From Malacoraja senta (lineage: Eukaryota), in contig CM075995.1 in the NCBI GenBank assembly GCA_038087875.1, positions 10,232,001-10,296,000 of the forward strand: a DNA stretch of 64,000 nt. Direction: 5' to 3'. Positions 41,101 to 56,100 of this stretch are shown here, in pieces. The notes beneath the pieces are model-generated. The model worked only from the letters and a program-made list of their open reading frames with translations, had not been told where the DNA came from and searched no databases. The position numbers were made by a program, and so were the translations under genes. The first letter of the stretch is position 1. Each line of letters begins with the position of its first letter.

Positions 41101-44100
41101 AGAACGATGGCAATTCCAACAGACTGTAAGTGTTCAGAAGCAAACTCTATGCAGCTGCCGTGAATTGTTCTGCAACACTTTTACTGTTTCAGTGATAACA
41201 CGAGAGGGAAATAGAGAGAAGCTGCAGGTTAAGACTGACCTCACTGAGGAGAAACCTAAAGCTCTGCATCCATGATCCAGATGCGAGGGAAATTGAGACA
41301 AGAGCCGTAGACTACTTATCCAGCGGCACGTGCTGCTGAAATACCCCTATAGCGATGGATCCAATAAAAGGAGATGCATTTATATGTAGTTTCAGTTAAT
41401 GAATGTTCTGTAACGTTGAACAATTGGATTGCAGTGGCAATGTTCAGATAAATAATGCCTATGGGGGAGGTAATCGTGCCGACCCGCACAGGTCTACCAA
41501 TGTATCCAGATACTCTCCTCATCCCAGCTACCTCTTCGGGACAAGAGCAAGTGGGCAGGACACTGAAAGTAGCCGCGGGAGCCTCCTACATCCCATGAAC
41601 CTGTCAGCAGTTCACCAGCACAGGCAGACGATAAAGATTGACACGCTCCCCCATCCGCAGTGACCGAGATAGAGGAGTCTCACCTTAAAATCCTCATCTT
41701 TTTCAGCTGTGCAATCGTTGATTCAATTTCTTGGACGACATTTACCTTCAACTGCCGTGGATTTGTCGGTCGTTATGTGAACATCATCATCCCAGGGCAG
41801 GAAAAAATCTTGACCCTGTGCGAAGTTGAGATCTTAGGTTTAAAACTCCCGCACTTACATGGTGCAGGGAGGCTGAACTTCCTCCTGAGGCTCTGGTTGT
41901 ACACTTCCCCACAGCTAAGTTGACGGGGTCCCACGCTGATAACGTCTGGCGATAACTACCTTCTTGAGGCACAGTACCGTCTTTCGCAATGCTCTGCTAT
42001 TTGCTAATCTTAGGTTAATTGCCAGCCTTGGACCCTCGAATTGTCCAAACATAATCACGTCTATGAATGAAATCCCCAAGACAATCGGTGCACACGTCCT
42101 GATCCATTCAGTCTGCAGAACGTATGCAGATAGAAACCAGCCACGCACCAATAGACAATAGGTGCAGGAGTAGGCCGTTCGGCCCTTCGCGCCAGCACCG
42201 CCATTCAATCAGTATCCCTCTCCTGCTTTTTCCCCATATCCCCTGACTCCGCTATCTTTAGGAAACCTATCTCGCTCTCTCTTGAAAATATCCAGAGAAC
42301 TGGCCTCCACCGCCCTCTGACGCAGAGAATTCCACAGACTCACAACTCTCTGAGAAAAAAAGTTTTTCCTCGTCTCCGTTCTAAATGACCTACCTCTTAT
42401 TCTTAAACTGTGGCCCCTGGTTCTGGACTACCCCAACATGGGGAAAATGTTTCCTGCCTCTAGCGTGTCCAACCCCTTAATAATCTTATATGTTTCAAGA
42501 AGTTCCCGTCTCATCCTTCTAAAGTGCAGAGTATACAAGCCCAGCCGCTCAATTCTCTCAAAATATGATAGCCCCGCACATCCCGGGAATTAACCTTGTA
42601 AACCTACACTGCACTCCCTCAATAGCAAGAATGCCCTTCCTCAAATTAGGGGACCAAACCTGCACACAATACTCCAGGTGTGGTCTCACTATGCCCCTCG
42701 ACAACCGCAGAAGGACCTCATTGCTCCTATACGCAAATCATCTTGTTATGAAGGCCAACATGCCATTCGCTTTCTTCACTGCATGCTGTACCTGCATGCT
42801 TACTTTCATTGACTGATTAACAAGGACCCCGCAGATTCCGTTGTACCTGCCATTTTCCCAACTTGACATCATTTAGATATTAATCTGCCTTCCTGCTACT
42901 AAAGTGGATAACCTCACATGTATCCACATTAAACCGCATCTGCCATGCATCTGCCCACTCACCCAACCGGTCCAAGTCACCCTGCATTATTATAGCATCC
43001 TCCTCACAGTTCACACTGCTACCCAGCTTTGTGTCATCTGCAAATTTGGTAATGTTACTTTGAATCCCTTCATCTAAATCATTGATGTATATTGTAAATA
43101 GCTGCGGTCCCAGCACCGAGCCTTGCGGTGCCCCACTAGTCTGCCATTCTGAAACGGACCCGTTAATCCCTACTCTTTGTTTCCTGTCTGCCAACCAATT
43201 TTCTATCCATGTCAGCACTCTACCCTCAATACCATGTGCCCTAATTTTGCCCACTGATCTCCTATGTGGGACCTTATCAAATGCTTTCTGAAAGTCCAGG
43301 TACACTACATCCACTGGCTCTCCCTTGTACATTTCCTCGTTACATCCTCAAACAATTCCAGAAGATTAGTCAGGCATGATTTCCCCTTCGTAAATCTATG
43401 CGGACTCGGACCGATTCTGTTCGTCCTATCCAAATGTGCCGCTATTTCATCTTTTATAATTGACTCCAGCATCTTCCGCACCACCGATGTCAGGCTAACT
43501 GGTCTATAGTTCCTTGTTTTGTCTCTCCCGCCTTTCTTAAAAAGTGGGATAACATTAGCTACCCTCCAATCCACAGGAACTGATCCGAAATCTATAGAAC
43601 ATTGGAAAATTATCACCAATGCATCCACGATTTCTGGAGCCACTTCCTTAAGTACCCTGGGATGCGGACCATCAGGCGCTGGGGATTTATCAGCATTCAG
43701 TCCCATCAGTCTACCCAACACCTGCCTAATGTGGATTTCCTTCAGTTCCTCCGTCACCCCAGATCTTCTGGCCACTACTATATCAGGAAGATTGTTTATG
43801 TCCTCCTTGGTGATGACGGATCCAAAGTACCAGTTCAACTCATCTGCCATTTCCTTGTTCCCCGTAATAAATTCACCTTTATCAGTCTTCATGGGTCCAA
43901 CTTTGTTCTTAACTATTGTTTTCCTCTTCACATACCTATATAAGCTTTTACTATCCTCCTTTATATTATTGGCTAGCTTCCCTTCGTACTTCATCTTTTT
44001 TCCTCTTGCTTCCCGCTCATCTTTGCGACGTTGCACGTCTTCTCTTTTATTTTTATACTGTCCCTGACGTCCCTTGTCAGCCACGGTCGCCCCTTACTCC

Positions 44101-47100
44101 CCTTGGAATCTTTGTTCGTCTTTGGAATGAACTGAACCTGCACCTTCTGTATTATTCCCTGAAATATCTGCCATTGTTGTTCCACTGTCATCCAGTCAAC
44201 ATTGGCCAGCTCCTCCCTCATGACTCCATAGTCCCCTTTATTCAACTGTAAAACTGACACCTCCGATTTACCCTTCCCCGTCTCCAATTGTAGATTAAAC
44301 TTGACCATATTTTGGTCACTACCTCCTAATGGCCCCTTAACCTCAACTTCCTTTATCAAATCCGTTTCGTTACATTACACTAAATCCAGAATTGCCTGCT
44401 TCCTGTTAGGCTCCGAAACAAGCGGCTCTAAGAATCCATCACGGAGGCACTCCACAAACTCCCTTACTTGGGGTCCAGTACCAACCTGATTTTCCCAGAC
44501 TACCTGCATGATGAAATCTCCCGTAACAACCATAGCTTTACCGGTACTACATGCCAATTTTATCTCCCGATTCAACTTGCACCCTATATCCAGGATACTG
44601 TTTGGGGGCCTATAGATAAGTCCCATTAGGGTATTTTTACTCTTACAATTCCTTAGTTCTATCAATACTGACTCCACATCTCCTGTTTCAATGTCACCCC
44701 TTGCAAGGGACTGGATTTCATTCTTCACCAACAGAGCTACCCAACTCCCTCTGCCCACATGTCTGTCTTTTCGATAGGATGTATAACCTTGAATATTCAG
44801 TTTCCTGCTCTGGCCCTCTTGCAACCATGTAATTTCCACAACAGCATACTTGCCAATTTCTAACTGAGCCTCAAGCTCGGCGACTTTAATTCTTATACTT
44901 CACGCACTTTGACCTCGGTATTCACCTCCCCTCTGGCACCGGTCACAATTGGCCCTGACCTTACTCTCTTATCCCTTCTCGAACTTTCCTTCCCATTAAT
45001 TCGAGAGTCCTTTTTAACTTTTCCATACTCACTTCCCCTTCAACTCCAGCTTTATCCTCCCAATTTGTCAATCACCCCCCCCCCACTATTTAGTTTAAAC
45101 CCACACGTGTAGCCCTAGCATACCTGCCTCCCAGAACGTCGGTCCCCCTCCAGTTAAGGTGTAACCCTTTTGTACAGGTCACCCCTACCCCAGAAAAGAT
45201 CCCAGTGGTCTATAAATCTAAATCCTTGCTCCCTGCACCAGCCTCTCAGCCACTCATTCAGATCCCCTATATCCCTGTTCCTGTCCTCACTAGCTCGAGG
45301 TACTGGAAGCAACCCAGAGATAACCACCTTAGAAGTCCTACTTTTCAGTCTTCATCCAACTCCCTGAACGCACGTTGCAGAACCTCCTTCCTCTTCTTCC
45401 CGATGTCGTTTGTGCCCACGTGCACAACTATTGCCGGCTGCTCACCTTCCCTCTCGAGGATGTTCCGAATTCGGTTCGTGACATCTTGAACCCTGGCACC
45501 AGGGAGGCAACAGACCATCCTCGCGTCTCGCCTGCCCCCACAGAATCTCCAGCCAGCACCTCGGATAATGAAATCACCGATCACGATGGCTCTGGCCGAC
45601 GTTGTTTTCGCTGGTCGAGTCCCATCTCTAGGATTGGAGCCACCGACCTGTCCGTCGCTCGGACTGGAAGCGTCGTCTCCCCCGACAGCTCCCAAGAGGG
45701 CGCACCTGTTTTCATTAGGCACAGACACCTGGGTCTTCTGCACTACACGATGTCCACCCTTTCACTCAGTCACACACCTTGTTCTTCCCGTATCCTCGGC
45801 GTGACAACCTCACTGTAGGTCCTGTCCAGGAAACTCTCGTTTTCCCGGATGGCCCTGAGGTCATCAAGCTTCTTCTCCAGTGCCCCAACACTGTTCTTTA
45901 GGAGCTGAACCTAGACTCATTTGCCACAGTTGTAGCAGCCAGAGGCACCATCCGTGTCCCTGGGCTCCCACATCCTGCAAGCATCACACTGTCTCATCTT
46001 ACCCGTCATGTGTTCAGCTAGTCCCGCCCTCTCCAACGTAGTTTCCTCTCCTCCGCCTCCTCGCCGAAGAATCTCGAGCCAAAGACTCACACTTTACTCG
46101 CTTCTCTCACAAGGCCGCCCCCTCACTGCCGCTCCCCTAGAGCAGCCTTGCTTTTATTGGCTGATAAATTGCCTAATTTGCCAATTTACAAATTAAATTC
46201 CTCAGTTTTAAACTGTTTTCCCCTCTGGCTCACCTCCGACTCACTTTTCCCACGCGTTTTAGCCAATAAGTTCTTCTCACTGCTTCTCTTTGATTACTGT
46301 TTCTCCGAGATCCACGTAAGCACTGGGCTAACCCTGGCTTTTTGGCGCAGTTTTTAAACTATTTTTCCCCTCTGACTCACCTCTGACTCACCTTTCCCAC
46401 GAGTGTCAGCAAATAAGCTCTTCTCCTTGTTTCTCTTTGATTGCTGCTTTCCCAGATCCACGTAAGCACTGGGCGCCTAATGAAACACTTTTGAATAACG
46501 AATCCCCGCCATCAGACTACAGAACGGTTAATCCTTGAGTAGGAGAGCAATCCCGATTTTTAACCCTGCCTCAGCGCGGGTCTTGGACGATTACCATAAA
46601 GCTATAATACCGTAACACCATAATCACGTAATCTTTTGTTTTTTTACTGCCTCGCCTGATGTACAGTATGATTTATTGGATAATACGAACAAATGTTTTC
46701 ACTGCATCTCGCTTCACTTGAACATACTACAGCAATACGAATATCAATTAAATACAATGCTAATCCAAACTTGGAAAGAATGCCTACATCCGTCGTCATT
46801 AAATCTCTCCCTTGCGGCCCATTGAGTTGTTTCCCACCCAACAGAAAACGTGGCGTTCGGAGCACCCCCGACCCAGTCCAGCACGGATGAAGGGGCAGTT
46901 GCTGAGATAGCCAATGACGGTAACAGCGACAGCGACTTCAGGCATGGTTCATGCGCGCGCACCAGGAAATCCAAGAACCCTTGGTGGAGAGCCGATCTAA
47001 AGGAAATGTACAAAGTTTCATATGTCAAAATCACCAATAGAGCTGACTGCTGCTCGGACCAGCTCCAAGGAGCCGATATCCGCATCGGGGACTCGCTGGA

Positions 47101-50100
47101 AAATAATGGCAATTCCAACAGAAGTATTTAGAGGCAAACGCCGACTCTATTCAGCTGTGGTGTCTTGTTCTGCAAGTTCCACTGTTATTGTTGCAGTGAT
47201 ACAATGTATGAGAAACTGAGAACAGCTGCAGGTTAAGACGGATCTCACTGTAGAAAGAAATAAACCTGATCACCGCCGATCCAGATGCGAGAGAAAATGA
47301 TACATAGGTACATAGATACACAGAAAATAGGTGCAGGAGTAGGCCATTCGGCCCTTCCAGCCTGCACCGTCATTCAATGTGATCATGGCTGATCATCCAA
47401 CTCAGTATCCCGTACCTGCCTTCTCTCCATACCCCCTGATCCCCTTAGCCACAAGGGCCACATCTAACTCCCTCTTAAATATAGCAAATATAGATACAGA
47501 GCCATAGACCACTTACCCAGTGGCATGAGCTGCCGACGTACCTCTATAGCGGTTGGTTCAATTAAAGGATAAGAATATATCTGTAATTTAATTGAATACA
47601 TGTTATGTCACATTAAAGCATCGGATTGCAGGGGCGATGTTCAGGTAACCAATGCCAATGGGTGAGGGTTCAAGGCGTCACTATCCATGTACTTGGACCC
47701 CCTCCTGTTCCTAGCTATTTGTTAGGGACAGGGGCAAATGGGGAGGATGTCGGCGGCATCATCGAGAGCAACCTCCCACCTCCCTTCCCAACCCAACATC
47801 CCTTGAACGTGTCACCAGTTGACGAGCACGCACAGTGAAAACGAACACCTCCAGATTCAGTCTTCCCTGCCTTTATCAGGTAACGGAATCGTCCTACCAA
47901 CAACTAGAAAGCAACCCTGAGCTACTAATTACCTCACTGGAAACCATAGGACTACCTTTGATCGGACTTTACTGGCTCTCTTACACTTACTTACTTACAA
48001 ATGTTATTCACGATATTCCCGTCATCATGGACACTGTGGGTGGCCCGATTGTAATAATGTATTGTCTTTCCGCTGACCGGTTAGCACGCAACAAAAAGCG
48101 TTTCACTGTACCGTGGTACACGTGACATAAACCAGACTCAGGCTCACGATGACGTTTGACACGTTGCCTCGTCCGCCGTCATCGAGCTAGTGGAGTGTCA
48201 CAAGTTCATATTCGTCTCTTTCAGCTGTGCAACAGTGGAATCGGCTTCTAGGACGTTGTCCATCAACTGTAGTGGATTTGTCGGTCGATATGTGAACATC
48301 ATCAATCCAGGCCTGGAGAAAACCTTGACCCTGTGCGAGGTTGAGATCTTTGGTTCAAAGCTTCCGTCTTTACCTGGAACAGGTAGGCTGAATTGCCCGC
48401 TAAGGCTCTGGTTCCACACAGCATCGCATTTCACTTCAGCCAGTTTCCCGCTGATAAAGTCTGAGGTAAATGACCTTCCTGAAGCACAATGCCGTCTTTC
48501 TCAATGCCCTGAACTTTACCAGTCTTAGTTTACTCGCCGATCTTGGACTCTTGCATTGTAGAAACATGATCCAGTCTGTGAATGAAATCCATGAGACAGG
48601 GTGCACATGCTCGTATCCATTCATTCCGGAGACTTTATGCTGATAAAGAACTACCACGCACTAACTAATTACACGCCGATTGTAACAGGCTTGAATATTA
48701 TCTCACTGCTGTCAGATTACTGAACGGTCCTCCCTTGAGTTCTAGTCCAATACCGACCTGCCTTAGTGCTGTTCTTAGACATATTTTCTATAGCCATAAA
48801 GCTGTAACACATTAACACCATTTTGTTCCATCTATTGTTTTCTCTACTTCACCTGTTGCTCGTGTGCGGCATCATTGCAAAAATGTACAGTATGACTTGA
48901 TTGTATAGTATAACTAATGATTTTCAGCATCTTGCTTTATCTAAACAATACGAATATCAACGAAATACACTGCTGATCCAAACCTTTTTAGAAGGCATAC
49001 ATCGATAAGATCATCAGTTCATACGTGAGAGGAGCAGAATTAGGCCAACCAAGTCTACTCCTCCAATCAATCATGGCTCATCTATTTCCCCATCCTAACC
49101 CCATTCTCCTGTCTTCTCCAGGGACACAAGACGATACATAGAAACATAGAAACATAGAAAATAGGTGCAGCAGTAGGCCATTAGGCCCTTCGAGCCTACA
49201 CCGCCATTCAATATGATCATGGCTGATAATCCAACTCAGTATACTGTACCTGCCTTCTCTCAATACCCCCTGACCCCTCTAGCCACAAGGGTTACATCTA
49301 ACTCCCTCTTAAATATAGCCAACGAACTGGCCTCAACTACTTTCTGTGGCAGAGATTTCCACAGATTCACCACTCTCTGTGTGAATTTTTTTTTCTCATC
49401 ACGGTCCTAAAAGACTTCCCCCTTATCCTTAAACTGTGACCCCTTGTTCTGGACTTCCCCAACATTGGGAACAATCTTCCTGCATCTAGCCTGGCCATCC
49501 CCTTAAGAATTTTGTAAGTTTCTATAAGATCCCCCCTCAATCTTCTAAATTCTAGCGAGTACAAGCCGAGTCTATCCAGTCTTTCTTCATATGAAAGGCC
49601 TGACATCCCAGGAATCAGTCTGGTGAACCTTCTCTGTACTCCCTCTATGGCAAGAATGTCTTTCCTCAGATTAGGAGACCAAAACTGTACGCAATACTCC
49701 AGGTGTGGTCTCATCCAAGCCCTGGACAACTGCAGTAGAAGCTCCCTGCTACAATACTCAGATCATTTTGCTATGAATGCTCACATATACAGACAATAGT
49801 CTACTTACCTGTTCTTGCCACCAAAGTGGATAACCTCACATTTATCCACATTATACTGCATCTGCCATGCATTTGCCCACTCACCCAACCTATCCAAGTC
49901 ACCTTGCAGCCTCCTATCATCCTCCTCACAGCTAACACTGCCCCCCAGCTTCGTGTCATCCGCAAACTTGGAGATGTTGCACTCAATTCCCTCGTCTAAA
50001 TCATTAATACATATTGTAAATAGCTGGGGTCCCAACACTGAGCCTTGCGGTACCCCACTAGTCACTGCCTGCCATTCTGAAAAGGACCCGTTTACTCCTA

Positions 50101-53100
50101 CTCTTTGCTTCCTGTCTGCCAGCCAGTTCTCTATCCACATCAATACTGAACCCCCAATGCCGTGTACTTTATGTTTGTATACTAATCTCTTATGTGGGAC
50201 CTTGTCGAAAGACTTATGCAAGTCCAGATACAACACATCCACTGGTTTTCCCTTATCCACTCTACTACTTACATCCTCGAAAAATTCTATAAGATTCGTT
50301 AGACATGATTTACCTTTCATAAATCCATGCTCACTTTGTCCAATGATTTCACCACTTTCTAAATGTGCTGCTATCCCATCTTTAATAACTGACCCTAGCA
50401 TTTCCCCCACTACCGATGCTAGTCTAACTGGTCCGTATTTCCCTCACTTTTCTCTCTCCCTCACTTTTTCAAAAGTGGGCTTACATTAGCTACACTCCAA
50501 TCCTCAGGAGCTACTCCAGAATGTAAAGAGTTTTGAAAAATTATCACTAATGCATTCACTATTTCTGGGGCTACTTCCTTAAGCATTCTGGGATGCAGGC
50601 TATCTGGTCCTGGGGATTTATCGGCCTTTAATCCATTCAATTTACCTAAAACAACTTCGCGACTAACCTGGATTTCACTCAGTTCCTTCATCTCATTTGA
50701 CCCCCGGTCCCCAGCTATTTCCGGCAGATTATTTATGTCATCCTCATTGAAGACAGAACCAACGTAGTTATTCAATTGGTCTGCTATGTCCTTGTTCCCC
50801 ATGATCATGACTCACCTGTTTCTGACAGCAAGGGACCTGTCGGAAAGAAGCGGATGAATATTCTGCAGCATGACTTTACAGAGCTCGGAAAAAATGCTGA
50901 AAAGCAGGACCTCCAGGGTTGTTATCTCCGGTTTGCTTCCAGTTCCTCGTGCTGGCGAGGGCAGGAACAGGGAGATACGGCACCTGAATGTGTGGCTGAG
51001 GAACTGGTGCACGGGGCAGGGATTTAGATTCTTAGATCACTGGGATCTGTTTTGGAGTAAAAGGGAACTGTACAAACGGGACGGATTGCATCTTAACAGG
51101 TTGGGGACCAGCATTCTGGCAGGCAGGTTTGCCACTGCTACACGGGTGGTATTAAACTGAATAAGGGGGGTGGGGTGTCGAATGGGATAGTTGAGGATGG
51201 AGTTAAATGGAAAGGGTTTCTTAAATGTGTGAGCGTAGAGACAGAGGGGTGTAAAATGAGGGTAGAATCAATAGGTAGCAAGGTGAAAAGTACAAGTGGC
51301 AGGCAGACAAATCCAGGGCAAAAATCAAAAAGGGCCAGTTTTCAACATAATTGTATAAGGGGTAAGAGTGTTGTAAAAACAAGCCTAAAGGCTTTGTGTC
51401 TCAATGCAAGGAGCATTCGTAATAAGGTGGATGAGTTGAATTTGCAGATAGCTATTAATGACTATGATATAGTTGGGATCTCGGAGACATGGCTCCAGGG
51501 TAACCAAGGCAGGGAGCTGAACATCCAGGGATATTCAATATTCAGGAGGGATAGACAGAAAGGGAAAGGAGGTGGGGTAGCGTTGATGGTTAGAGAGCAG
51601 ATTAACGCAATAGAAAGGAAGGACATTAGCTTGGAGGATGTGGAATCGATATGGGTAGAGCTGCGAAACACTAAGGGGCAGAAAACGCTAGTAGGAGTTG
51701 TGTACAGGCCACCTAACAGTAGTAGTGGAGTTGGGGATGGCATCAAACAGGAAATTAGAAATGCGTGCAACAAAGGTAAAACAGTTATAATGGGTGACTT
51801 CAATCTACATATAGATTGGGTGAATCAAATTGGCAAGGGTGCTGAGGAAGAGGATTTCTTGGAATGTATGCGGGATAGTTTTCTAAATCAACATGTAGAG
51901 GAACCAACGAGAGAGCAAGCTATTCTAGATTAGGTATTGAGTAATGAGGGAGGGTTAGTTAGCAGTCTTGTTGTCCGTGGCCCCTTGGGCAAGAGTGGCC
52001 ATAATATGGTTGAGTTCTTCATTAGGATGGAGAGTGACATTGTTAATTCAGAAACAAGGGTCCTGAACTTAAAGAAAGGTAACTTTGAGGGTATGAGAAG
52101 TGAATTGGCCAAGATAGTCTGGCAATTGATTCTTAATGGATTGACGGTAGATATGCAATGGAAGGCATTTAAAGACTGCATGGATGAACTACAACAATTG
52201 TTCATCCCAGTTTGGTAAAAAATAGATCAGGGAAGGTAGTGCATCCACGGATAACAAGGGAAATCAGGGATAGTATCAAAACAAAAGATGAAGCGTACAA
52301 ATTAGCCAGAAAAAGCAGCCTACCAGAGGACTGGGAGAAATTGAGAGTCCAGCAGAGGAGAACAAAGGGCTTAATTAGGAAAGGGAAAATAGATTATGAA
52401 AGAAAACTGACAGGAAAAATAAAAACTGACTGCAAAAGCTTTTATAGATATGTGAAGAGAAAAAGGTTAGTTAAAACAAATGTAGGTCCCTTGCAGTCAT
52501 AAACAGGCGAATTGATCATGGGGAACAAGGACATGGCAGACCAATTGAATAACTACTTTGGTTCTGTCTTCTCTAAGGAAGACATAAATAATCTGCCAGA
52601 AATAGCAGGGGACCGGGGGTCAAATGAGATGGAGGAACTGAGTGAAATCCAGGTTAGCCGGGAAGTGGTGTTAGGTAAATTGAATGGATTAAAGGCCGAT
52701 AAACCCCAGGGCCAGACAGGCTGCATCCTAGAGTACTTAACGAAGTAGCCCCAGAAATAGTGGATGCATTAGTGATAATTTTTCAAAACTCTTAGATTCT
52801 GGAGTAGTTTCTGAGGATTGGAGGGTAGCTAATGTAACCCCACTTTTTCAAAAGGGAGGGAGAGAGAAAACGGGGAATTACAGACCAGTTAGTCTAACGT
52901 CGGTAGTGGGGAAACTGCTAGAATCAGTTATTAAAGATGGGATAGCAGCACATTTGGAAAGTGGTGAAATCATTGGACAAAGTCAGCATGGATTTATGAA
53001 AGGTAAATCATGTCTGACGAATCTGATAGAATTTTTCTAGGATGTAACTAGTAGAGTGGATAAGGGAGAACCAGTGGATGTTATATCTGGACTTTCAGAA

Positions 53101-56100
53101 AACTTTCGACAAGGTCCCACATAAGAGATTAGTATACAAACTTAAAGCACAAGGTATTGGGGGTTCAGTATTGATGTGGATAGAGAACTGGCTGGCAGAC
53201 AGGAAGAAAAGAGTAGGAGTAAACGGGTCCTTTACACAATGGCAGGCAGTGACTAGTGGGGTACCGCAAGGCTCAGTGCTGGGACCCCAGCTATTTACGA
53301 TATATATTAATGATCTGGACGAGGGAATTGAATGCAACATCTCCAGGTTTGCGGATGACACGAAGCTGGGGGCCAGGGTTAGCTGTGAGGAGGATGCTCG
53401 GAGGCTGCAAGGTGACTTGGGTAGGCTGGGTGAGTGGGCAAATGCATGGCAGAGGCAGTATAATGTGGATAAATGTGAGGTTATCCACTTTGGTGGCAAA
53501 AACAGGAAAGTAGACTATTATCTGAATGGTGGCCGATTAGGAAAAGGGGAGATGCAACGAGATCTGGGTGTCATGGTACACCAGTCATTAAAAGTAGGCA
53601 TGCAGGTGCAGCAGGCAGTGAAGAAGGCAAATGGTATGTTAGCATTCATAGCAAAAGGATTTGAGTATAGGAGCAGGGAGGTTCTACTGCAGGTGTACAG
53701 GGTCGTGGCGAGACCACACCTGGAGTATTGCGTACAGTTTTGGTCTCCTAATCTGAGGAAAGACATTCTTGCCATAGAGGGAGTACAGAGAAGGTTCACC
53801 AGACTGATTCCTGAGATGTCAGGACTTTCATACGAAGAAAGACTGGATAGACTCGGTTTATACTCGCTAGAATTTAGAAGATTGAGGGGGGATCTTATAT
53901 AAACGTACAAAATTCTTAAGGGGTTGGACAGGCTAGATGCAGGAAGATTGTTCCCGATGTTGGGGAATTCCAGAACAAGGGGGTCACAGTCGAAGGCTAA
54001 GGGGGAAATCTTTTAGGACCGAGATGAGGAAAACATCTTTCACACAGAGAGTGGTGAATCTCTGGAATTCTCTGACACAGAAGGTAGTTGAGGCCAGTTC
54101 ATTGGCTATATTTAAGAGAGAGTTAGATGTGGCCCTTGTGGCTAAAGGCATCAGGGGGTATGGAGAGAAAGCAGGTACAGGATACTGAGTTGGATAATCA
54201 GCCATGATCATATTGAATGGCGGTGCAGGCTCGGCCGAATGGCCTACTCCTGCACCTATTTTCTATGTTTCTATGTTTCTATGACCTACATTTGTTTTAA
54301 CTAATCTTTTTCTCTTCACATGTTTATAAAAGCTTTTGCAGTCAGTTTTTATGTTCCCTGCCAGTTTTCTTTCATAATCTGTTTTCCCTTTCCTAATTAA
54401 GCCCTTTCTCCTCCTCAGCAGGACTGCATTTCTCCCAGTCCTCTGGTAGGCTGCTTTTTCTGGCAAATTTGTATGCTTCATCTTTTGTTTTGATACTATC
54501 CCTGATTTCCCATGTTATCCACGGATGCACTACCTTCCCTGATTTATTCTTTTGCTAAACTGGGATTACCAATTGTTGTAGTTCATCCATGCGGTCTTTA
54601 AATGCCTTCCATTGCATATCCACCGTCAACCCTTTAAGAATCAATTGCCAGTCTATCTTGGCCAATTCACGTCTCATACCCTCAAAGTTACCTTTCTTTA
54701 AGTTCAAAACCCTTGTTTCTGAATTAACTATGTCACTCTCCATCCTAATGAAGAACTCAACCATATTATAGTCACGCTTGCCCAAGGGTCCACGCACAAC
54801 AAGAGTTCTAACTAACTCTTCCTCATTACTCAATATCCAATCTAGAATAGCCTGCTCTCTCGTTGGTTCCTCTACATGTTGGTTTAGAAAACTATCCCGC
54901 CTACATTCCAAGAAATCCTCTATCTCAGCACCCCTGCCAATTTGATTCACCCAATCTATATGTAGATTGAAGTCACCCATTATAACTGTTTTCCTTTGTT
55001 GCACGCATTTCTAATTTCCTGTTTGATGCCACCCCCAACTCCATTACTACTGTTAAGTGGCCTGTACACAACTCCCACTAGTGTTTTCTGCCCCTTAGTG
55101 TTCCGCAGCTCTACCCATATCGATTCCACATCCTCCAAGCTAATATCTTTCCTTTCTTTTGCGTTAATCTCTTCTCTGACCAGCAACGCTACCCTACCTC
55201 CTTTTTCTTTCTGTCTATCCCTCCTGAATATTGAATATCCCTGGATGTTCAGCTCCCAGCCTTGATCAACCTGGAGCCATGGCTCCGTAATCCCAACTAT
55301 ATCATATTCATTAATAACTATCTGCACATTCAACTCATCCACCTTATTACGAATGCTCCTTGTATTGAGACACAAAGCCTTCAGGCTTGTTTTTACAACA
55401 ATTATGTTGAATAGTCGCCCTTTTTGGTTTTTGCCCTAGATTTGTCTGCTTGCCACTTTTACTTTTCAGCTTGCTACCTATTGCTTCTACCCTCATTTTA
55501 CACCCCTCTGTCTCTCTGCTCATGCTCCCATCCCCCTGCCACATTAGGTTAAATCCTCCCCTACAGCACTAGCAAACACTCCCCCAAGGACATTGGTTCC
55601 ACTCCAGCCCACGCGCAGAACGTCCTGTTTGTCCTGGTCCCACCTCCTCCAGAACTGGTTCCAATGCCCTCGAAATTTGAATCCCTCCGCCTTGCCCCAT
55701 TTTTCAATTCACGTATTCTTCTGAAATATCCTCCTGTTTCTACTGTGACCAGCACGTGGCACTGGTAGTAATCCAGAGATTATTACCTTTGAGGTCCTGC
55801 TTTTAAGTTTATCTACTAGCTTCCTAAATTCACCTTGTAGGACCTCATCCCGTTTTTTACCTATATCGTTGGTGCCAATGTGCACCACGACAGCTGGCTG
55901 TTCACCCTCCCCCACCATAATGTTCTGCAGCCGCTCAGTGACATCCCTGACCCTTGCACCAGGGAGGCAACATACCATCATGGAGTCTCGTTTGCGCCCG
56001 CCGAAACGCCTATCCATTCCCCTTACAATTGAATCCCCTATTACTATAGCCCTTCCACTCTTTTTCCTCCCCTCCTGTGCCGCAGAGCCACTCACGGTGC

